64,000 bases of DNA from a virus (lineage: Duplodnaviria; Heunggongvirae; Uroviricota; Caudoviricetes). Where the stretch lies: positions 24,125 through 88,124 of IMG/VR virus record IMGVR_UViG_3300042569_001383; one strand, written 5' to 3'. Under the pieces are notes generated by a model that was not told where the DNA came from, did not search any database, and saw nothing but the letters and a program-made list of their open reading frames with translations. A program made the translations under genes and the position numbers. The first letter of the stretch is position 1. Each line of letters opens with the position of its first letter. Positions 57,799 to 64,000 of this stretch are shown here, one piece after another.

Positions 57799-58422
57799 TT
57801 ATCCAAGATTTATGTCACGTGGAACAACAAAATCAGTATCAGTATAATATTGCAATGGATTTGTTAATATCTGAGAAATTCCTGGCAAAGTTGTTTGCAA
57901 TTGCGTTATGGCATTGGTATTTAATTCAACAACTCCTGGCTTGTATATGGGTTGATACACAGTTTCAGTTTCTCCGGCAATATACCATTTACATGATGCA
58001 GCCGTATATAAATTTATATCTAGTTCATTGTTGTAATTAACATATTGTTTTTGTGAAATTTCAAAATATGCCGGTTCATTGACTTTTTTTAAAAAATATC
58101 TAGTAATGAATTTGTTAGCAATGTCTAGTGCTGTTATGATTGGTTGCGTTGACCGAATTGAATTGTAATTAGGTTTACTTTGTTTGCGTATATCATTATA
58201 CGTAGCAACTGACTCGGGTTCTTGTACTAGAACATACAATGGTTGAGATGTAGATTCATTCCATGTTGCACCTGTATATGTTTCTTGAGTTACAGTATAA
58301 CGATGATACAATCCTTTGTATTCTTGTTTGTCTGCAGTTTGCCATTCCGCACCAAACGTATACAAATTGTTTTGGATTTCGGATTCATTGTATTTTAATT
58401 TTATTCTGCTCATATCAATCAA
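57799..58422 (-). CDS. hypothetical protein
   Basis: 207 aa ORF. Confidence 0.35.
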   Translation of the reverse strand: MIDMSRIKLKYNESEIQNNLYTFGAEWQTADKQEYKGLYHRYTVTQETYTGATWNESTSQPLYVLVQEPESVATYNDIRKQSKPNYNSIRSTQPIITALDIANKFITRYFLKKVNEPAYFEISQKQYVNYNNELDINLYTAASCKWYIAGETETVYQPIYKPGVVELNTNAITQLQTTLPGISQILTNPLQYYTDTDFVVPRDINLG

Positions 58423-60649
58423 ATTTTGGACGCATTAAACAACTTACTTGTGTAGTCCATTCTCCTGCTGTGGATATGGTATGTGTTATACCTTTAATAG
58501 TAAACGTGCTATTAGTTCGATATTTTGCAGGTATTCCAGGAAAATCCAATATATCTCCATAACGTAAACCATTGATACCATCAATAGTAAACTCAGCTTC
58601 AATCGGAAATGTTGGGGCTGCTACTTGATTGGTTTGTTTAATCGTAGGAAATGGATATTGTAAATATTTTTTTAATGCCGTTTGCAACGTGCTTCGTTTT
58701 TCGCTAGATGTCGGATCTTTGCCGTATGTTTCTCTTGCCGTAAGTAATTCGTTGTAATATTTATCGTGTAAATCCGCATATTGGCGTGCTAATTTTTCAG
58801 TTGTTTCTTTGTTGGCACCATATGTTGTTAATTCATCCACAATAACTTCTTTACCATCAACTAATACCGTTGTTGGAGTTCGCGTAGATGTTCCATTATT
58901 ATACATGAAATTAATATATGGCGCTAAATCGCTTTCCGAAACTTTGTCTGTGCTATTAATTGCGTACATTAAACTTTGAACCTGACTTGGTAGTTTCGCG
59001 GACAGTTTAAAATCTCGCACGACGGTTCCACGCGGATCTGATGCAAACATTGGAAGTAAATACGGTTTCGGTTGCGTATTTTTAATAGATTTAATCCAAT
59101 TTATATCTCGGTAATACAAAACTTGCAAGTCTTCAGGATCTGTTATTAATTTTAAAGCAATTGCACCAGCCGTTTCTCGATTAATTTTATTGCCAATTTC
59201 AACTAAAAATTTACCAACTGTAAATTCATCTGGTTTGTTCTTTAATTCTGTTGAAATTTGATTGATTATTTCTAAGTTTATGAAAATCATTCCGGTTCGG
59301 CCTACCGAGTTTGTTTCTTTAGTATAAAATGAATATTCATCGCTTAATTTTTCCTTTGTCCAAAATTTAGGTTTATTATTAATTTCTCCGTAACTGTCAG
59401 ATGTATATGTTTTATCTCGTTCTGACAATATTAGTATGTTATCAGGATCTGCAGAGACTAAACCTGGATAAAAATTACTATAGCAATTGGCGTTCGTATC
59501 CGAATATATTGTAGGTGATTCTACAATATTGTTTATTTTAGTTAATATTTTTTTATTAAGAAAATCAATAAGATAATTAAGATTAATGTAATTATTTCGT
59601 GCACCCGACTCAGTTTTCATGTTCCATATCCAATATAATAATTTGTCTGTGCCGGCTACTTTTCCGGAAGCAAAATTAGTTCGTCCGGAGTTTGATCGTT
59701 TATATAGAGATTCAACTTCTTTGTAAATTTCACTATAAAATGTATTTGGATTGCGAACTAATGCGTCAGTGTTATCAGTTGTTGTAGATGTAGTAGTGGC
59801 AGTTTGCATGATCATGGACAAGTCAGTATATGTTTGACTAGTACCTAGAATATAAATTGTCATCGTAACCGTGCCATCTTGATTGTATGTATATTCAAAT
59901 GCAGTTATTAATCCTTCAAATTGCATTTTATTCATTTTTAACAATTCATCATATTCTGCTTCGGCTTCTGGATAATTTTTTTTAATCACATCACGTGCTG
60001 GCAATGCAGATGGTTTCAATTTACCGTTAATGTTTGCAACGTTTAATGTCATTAATGCGGAATCGGGATGTTCGAATTGAACCATGCAATAACGTCCAGG
60101 ACGTGCATAAACGGATTCCATGAAGTTCAAATCTCTGTCAGGATTTGGTATTGTTATGTTGATTGTTACTTTGTTTGTAGTTGCGCGCGAATTATCATTA
60201 ATTGCCATGCTAGCTTGTGTAATAAATGGCGGTATGCGTTTTGACGTGTTAGTGTATGTATTAACAACCGTGTCGGTAATTGCTTCCGACAACAATGTAG
60301 TTCGTTTTAAAATCTTATTGTTGATAGTACTAGTTATTAGTTTAAAATCGACATCGACTTGCGGTACCGCCCATCGACTTTCACCTAAGGTATATACGCG
60401 ATCCGTTAAAAATCCGTTTGGGCCACCTGGCATATATTCTTCGCCTATCACGTTGCGACCTCCTAACGTATGAACTATTTTATTTTTGTCTCGTTTATTG
60501 CCTTCATATGCTGTAATTGCTACATTGGCAATTTTTTCGGTCATGTAACGAAGTGCCGTTTCACTACGGTCTGTTTTTCCAGCACGTGCTCTTGCATCTA
60601 ATTCTGCTTGCAAGTTTTTATCGATTTCGGAATAAAATATTTGACTCAT
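58415..60649 (-). CDS. large hypothetical protein, possibly virion-associated
   Basis: 744 aa, Thr/Asn-rich. No motif recognised. Confidence 0.35.
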   Translation of the reverse strand: MSQIFYSEIDKNLQAELDARARAGKTDRSETALRYMTEKIANVAITAYEGNKRDKNKIVHTLGGRNVIGEEYMPGGPNGFLTDRVYTLGESRWAVPQVDVDFKLITSTINNKILKRTTLLSEAITDTVVNTYTNTSKRIPPFITQASMAINDNSRATTNKVTINITIPNPDRDLNFMESVYARPGRYCMVQFEHPDSALMTLNVANINGKLKPSALPARDVIKKNYPEAEAEYDELLKMNKMQFEGLITAFEYTYNQDGTVTMTIYILGTSQTYTDLSMIMQTATTTSTTTDNTDALVRNPNTFYSEIYKEVESLYKRSNSGRTNFASGKVAGTDKLLYWIWNMKTESGARNNYINLNYLIDFLNKKILTKINNIVESPTIYSDTNANCYSNFYPGLVSADPDNILILSERDKTYTSDSYGEINNKPKFWTKEKLSDEYSFYTKETNSVGRTGMIFINLEIINQISTELKNKPDEFTVGKFLVEIGNKINRETAGAIALKLITDPEDLQVLYYRDINWIKSIKNTQPKPYLLPMFASDPRGTVVRDFKLSAKLPSQVQSLMYAINSTDKVSESDLAPYINFMYNNGTSTRTPTTVLVDGKEVIVDELTTYGANKETTEKLARQYADLHDKYYNELLTARETYGKDPTSSEKRSTLQTALKKYLQYPFPTIKQTNQVAAPTFPIEAEFTIDGINGLRYGDILDFPGIPAKYRTNSTFTIKGITHTISTAGEWTTQVSCLMRPKFD

Positions 60650-60942
60650 CGTATTGCGTTTATTCTTGTAGTATATGTTGTAACTTCATTGTTTGTGGCA
60701 TTTGGTATGCGTAGTATTGCACCTTGTGGCACTCGCAATGTTCCTTTTCCAATTCCATTTGCAGCTGCAATTACCCACCACATTGCGGCATCACCATAAA
60801 ATCTATCGGCTAATGTATCTAAACGTTCAACCGTAATGGTTTGTATGTATGTATCAGATATGCCTACGATGTTTGGCAGTATCGTAGTTTGTTGGCGCAA
60901 TTTTTCAGAATCGGTTTGAATCAATTTGTTTAAGTATCTCAT
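60646..60942 (-). CDS. hypothetical protein
   Basis: 98 aa ORF. Confidence 0.3.
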   Translation of the reverse strand: MRYLNKLIQTDSEKLRQQTTILPNIVGISDTYIQTITVERLDTLADRFYGDAAMWWVIAAANGIGKGTLRVPQGAILRIPNATNNEVTTYTTRINAIR

Positions 60943-60948
60943 AGTATA

Positions 60949-62322
60949 TTAAAAGTTAAATGTTGATAATGTATTTGCTATAGATGATAATAATTCTGGA
61001 TTAGTTCGAAGTACTTTTAATTGGTTTTGTTGCATATTATCACTTAACCAGTTATCGCTACCTTGAATTGGTCCAAATGTATCATGGCGTTTTGCCAATG
61101 AATAAAATTGTCCGCCTTTTTGTGGTAACCAATCTGATATAATACTAAATGATAATGACACTTGCACTTTATATGGAACTTGCATCATGGTTGCATCATC
61201 TTCAATGTTAATTTCCCATGGCGATTCCGAATCTCCAAACGTGTAACTCAAACTAGAAATAATAACCGGTACTTGATTGAATAAATCGCCTATCGTTATT
61301 CGCATCCATGGCCCCGTTAATCCAATTGTATTTCCGGAATAGTCAGGTGCAGTAAATCCTGCAAGTGCATTCAATTTGCGATATATTGGTTTCATTTCAT
61401 CGCGATCCGTTGCATATACGGTAAAATCAACACTTACATCACGTGAATATGATGAATAATGATAATTAGGGTCTGCTCGTCCAATCATGTTTACTGGAGT
61501 CCATGATGGTTGATATGTATCGGTAATTGAATCCATGGTTGCACGAAATACAATTATTTCATCAGTTGCAGTTGGGTCGCCTGGTCGTAATTTAGGTCCA
61601 GTTAAAAAGAATTTTATGAAATCCTGAGTTGTATCAAGTTTATTTATTAAAAGACTTAACGGGCCTTTATCTTTAATGAGACCTTGTTTTCTCCATTCAT
61701 ATGCTTGATCAAGTCGTACATCTTTTCTATAATCAATCACATTAACTCGGTCTCCACGAAATGGTATTGCAGCAACAGCTGTTATCGGCGTCCATGATTG
61801 TTCTGCATTATCCCAACGCGTTGCAACTTGACTTCGAAGCGTAAAATCTGCGCGAATTGCATTTGGTGATCCATGATCTCCCCAACCATAACCAAATTTT
61901 CCAGGTGCATTTCTATTAAATAAGTTGTATATTCCGCCCGGAGTTTTAGATGCTGCTAAATACAATGCTGCTCGTTTATTGAATTCACCATTAGACATAA
62001 TAGCACTTGCACCATCATATCTCGTATCTAATGATAATCCTAGTGCAACATTGGATTTTCTTGAACGAAAGTCGTTGTATATGGTACCAGGTATGTTGTA
62101 TGCTTGTCGAATTGGAGACGTTGAATATGTAGAGGCTGACCCGCCTTTATTAATTAAATTGGTTAGTATTGGCGATATTTGCGTAAGGCCTGTTGCAGTA
62201 CCAACGTTACCAAATATTGTAGCAGCAATGTTAAGTGGCAAAACATCGCGATTCGAAAAAATTTTATCTTCGCTTTGTTTTTTACGAAATGCAGCTGCGG
62301 CTATTTGATTAGTAGTACTCAT
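60949..62322 (-). CDS. hypothetical protein, possibly structural
   Basis: 457 aa. Confidence 0.35.
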   Translation of the reverse strand: MSTTNQIAAAAFRKKQSEDKIFSNRDVLPLNIAATIFGNVGTATGLTQISPILTNLINKGGSASTYSTSPIRQAYNIPGTIYNDFRSRKSNVALGLSLDTRYDGASAIMSNGEFNKRAALYLAASKTPGGIYNLFNRNAPGKFGYGWGDHGSPNAIRADFTLRSQVATRWDNAEQSWTPITAVAAIPFRGDRVNVIDYRKDVRLDQAYEWRKQGLIKDKGPLSLLINKLDTTQDFIKFFLTGPKLRPGDPTATDEIIVFRATMDSITDTYQPSWTPVNMIGRADPNYHYSSYSRDVSVDFTVYATDRDEMKPIYRKLNALAGFTAPDYSGNTIGLTGPWMRITIGDLFNQVPVIISSLSYTFGDSESPWEINIEDDATMMQVPYKVQVSLSFSIISDWLPQKGGQFYSLAKRHDTFGPIQGSDNWLSDNMQQNQLKVLRTNPELLSSIANTLSTFNF

Positions 62323-62326
62323 GTTG

Positions 62327-64000
62327 TTATCCGTTTATTCCTTGATTAAACTTGAAGTTTGCGGCACTTGCTGCTGCGGTTACATCGTAATTTACTTCAA
62401 CTTTCATGTTACGCAACGATGCCATGATTGCTGCGGCTATTGGTGCTGGATCAACGATAGCCATGCTGTTGCCAGTATTGCCAGTTAATGTATTAACAGC
62501 TGAATCTAATTTGCCTCGTTCTGTGCTAGCTAAAAGTGCTGCCCCATCTGAAACTGTTGCAAATTTATCTGCTGGATGAAATTGTATCATGGCATCATTG
62601 ACTAGCAATGCATCTTCATTGTCAATAACAGGCGTAGTAGGTGTATTCGGCACACTTGGACCTGCCGATTTACCGAGAAATGTTGTTGTATACGAGTCAA
62701 TTTTACTGATTAAATCTTTTAATGTTTGCCCCACTACTGGTATATATCCAGCGAATTGGTCTAATGCTGTGTTTGTGGCGCGCGTTGCATCGCCCATTAC
62801 TTGCAAGTGACCAATTAAAGTTGCAGTTTCTTTGGTACCAAATGGTTTTAAGAAATCTTTAGATGCTTGATATGAACCTTCAGCTTCAGTTCGCGCTTTT
62901 TCAATTGCATTTTTTTGCGTTGTGCCCGTTAACATATGCACGTTAATACCTTCGGTGCGTTCTCTTTGCAACATGTCAGCATATAATTCGTCAGTTGTTT
63001 TTTGACTTTCGCTTTCTTTTAATTTTTTAAGAATTTCTTGTTGAGCTTCTGGAAGTTTTTTTGCAGCTACTATGAATTGTTCTTGTCCCATGTCCATGAA
63101 TTCTTCAATTTTAGCTTTATCCATACCGCCTTGTTCCATCAATTTTTGAATTTGACGTTGACGAGTTAATTCTGCAACAGTGAACCCAGTTAAATTTGCA
63201 AGTTGTTCTTTAGCATAATAATTATTACCATCTAAGATATCACCTTGTGTCGATAATAAATCATTCATAGCTTTAACTTGAGCTTCTGCATTTCCGGAGA
63301 GTTTTGCTATACGTAAATTTTCAGTAATGCTTTGATTCTTATCGTTAGTTAATCGTTTGCCACTTAATAATTGATATTCTAATTCGGCACCAACTGATTC
63401 TTCGATATTCAACATTTTAGTTGCCATGGCTTCAATTTGCTTGAATGTTGTTCCTAATAGTTTGGCTTTAACTATAGATTTTTCTAACGAACCTGGCATT
63501 TTATTGTATTGAGTTTGAATGTCAGCTCCTAAATCTGCGATATCTGATACAACACCTGCAAATGTTCCTGCCATTCCTGTTGCTGCGTCAAATGATGCTG
63601 CCCATGCTTGTGTCGTTTTCAATAATTGTACACTGTCTTGCCCCGCACCTGCTGCGTATAGTTGATAATTGTTTGCAGCATCACCTGTCAATCCTAGATT
63701 TTCTGTTAACAATTGATTAACTCCTAGGAGTTGATGTCCAAAGTTTTCTTTGAGTTTATAAGCAGCGTTTCCAGCACCGGTTATTAATTTTGACATACCA
63801 GGCAATATTTTATTTATGTCTTGTGCATATTTTCTAACGTTTTCACCGCCGGTTTCTAAAACTTTAGACATTTCGTCGTATTTTTCACCTAATTCCGCGG
63901 CTGTTATAGATGTTATACCAAATGATTTATTTAATGATTTATTTCGTTGCTCTAAAAATGTTGCGGACTTAATAGCGTTTACCATTGAAGTCTCGAACAC
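62327..64000 (-). CDS. large Ala/Gln/Lys-rich helical protein, partial (N-terminus beyond the window); possibly tape-measure or internal virion protein
   Basis: Composition and predicted coiled regions only. Confidence 0.3.
   Translation of the reverse strand: MFETSMVNAIKSATFLEQRNKSLNKSFGITSITAAELGEKYDEMSKVLETGGENVRKYAQDINKILPGMSKLITGAGNAAYKLKENFGHQLLGVNQLLTENLGLTGDAANNYQLYAAGAGQDSVQLLKTTQAWAASFDAATGMAGTFAGVVSDIADLGADIQTQYNKMPGSLEKSIVKAKLLGTTFKQIEAMATKMLNIEESVGAELEYQLLSGKRLTNDKNQSITENLRIAKLSGNAEAQVKAMNDLLSTQGDILDGNNYYAKEQLANLTGFTVAELTRQRQIQKLMEQGGMDKAKIEEFMDMGQEQFIVAAKKLPEAQQEILKKLKESESQKTTDELYADMLQRERTEGINVHMLTGTTQKNAIEKARTEAEGSYQASKDFLKPFGTKETATLIGHLQVMGDATRATNTALDQFAGYIPVVGQTLKDLISKIDSYTTTFLGKSAGPSVPNTPTTPVIDNEDALLVNDAMIQFHPADKFATVSDGAALLASTERGKLDSAVNTLTGNTGNSMAIVDPAPIAAAIMASLRNMKVEVNYDVTAAASAANFKFNQGING

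Noticed and set aside
60120-62308. Plus-strand ORFs 60120-60473, 60517-60799 and 61925-62308
   Set aside because: Antisense to long minus-strand structural-type genes. No independent support.

Overview
The window is a densely packed segment of a large lytic dsDNA phage genome. It is AT-rich (about 33 percent GC by eye). Essentially every credible gene is on the minus strand, and the plus-strand ORFs in the track are antisense artefacts. The replication core is T4-like: family B DNA polymerase, gp44-like clamp loader, gp45-like clamp, gp41/DnaB-like helicase, UvsX/RecA, gp32-like SSB, RNase H/FEN, dUTPase, thioredoxin and a ribonucleotide reductase. One protein carries a Bacteroidota T9SS C-terminal sorting domain, which points to a Bacteroidota (Flavobacteriia-type) host. 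Accessory content is unusually rich and falls into seven groups. (1) A complete RNA-repair cassette at the left edge: an Rnl2/Rnl5-like RNA ligase missed by the ORF track, a CCA-adding enzyme, a cREC-like domain, and a T4 Pnkp split into separate kinase and phosphatase ORFs. (2) Phage-encoded GroEL and GroES. (3) A CobS/CobT-like AAA+/vWA pair alongside an RNR that may be cobalamin-dependent. (4) A 7-deazaguanine DNA-modification pathway (FolE, QueD, QueE, DpdA-like transglycosylase) with no QueC in the window. Two sugar-type dehydrogenases and an HGPRT lie between the pathway genes, and a T4 beta-glucosyltransferase-like GT-B gene overlaps the DpdA gene. This suggests an undescribed, possibly sugar-decorated, deazapurine DNA modification. 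(5) A roughly 9 kb island of at least six glycosyltransferases plus an SDR sugar epimerase/dehydratase and a methyltransferase. (6) A second, minimal family-A DNA polymerase-like gene. (7) A SET-domain protein, a ClpS adaptor, a cGAS/DncV-like nucleotidyltransferase pair, an SPFH protein, a Cas4-like nuclease, a SLOG protein, two lysis modules and a free-standing HNH endonuclease. Two recurrent AT-rich promoter-like motifs and one convincing intrinsic terminator were found. No tRNA, rRNA or CRISPR arrays were recognised by eye. All functional calls rest on remembered family motifs, not on database searches.
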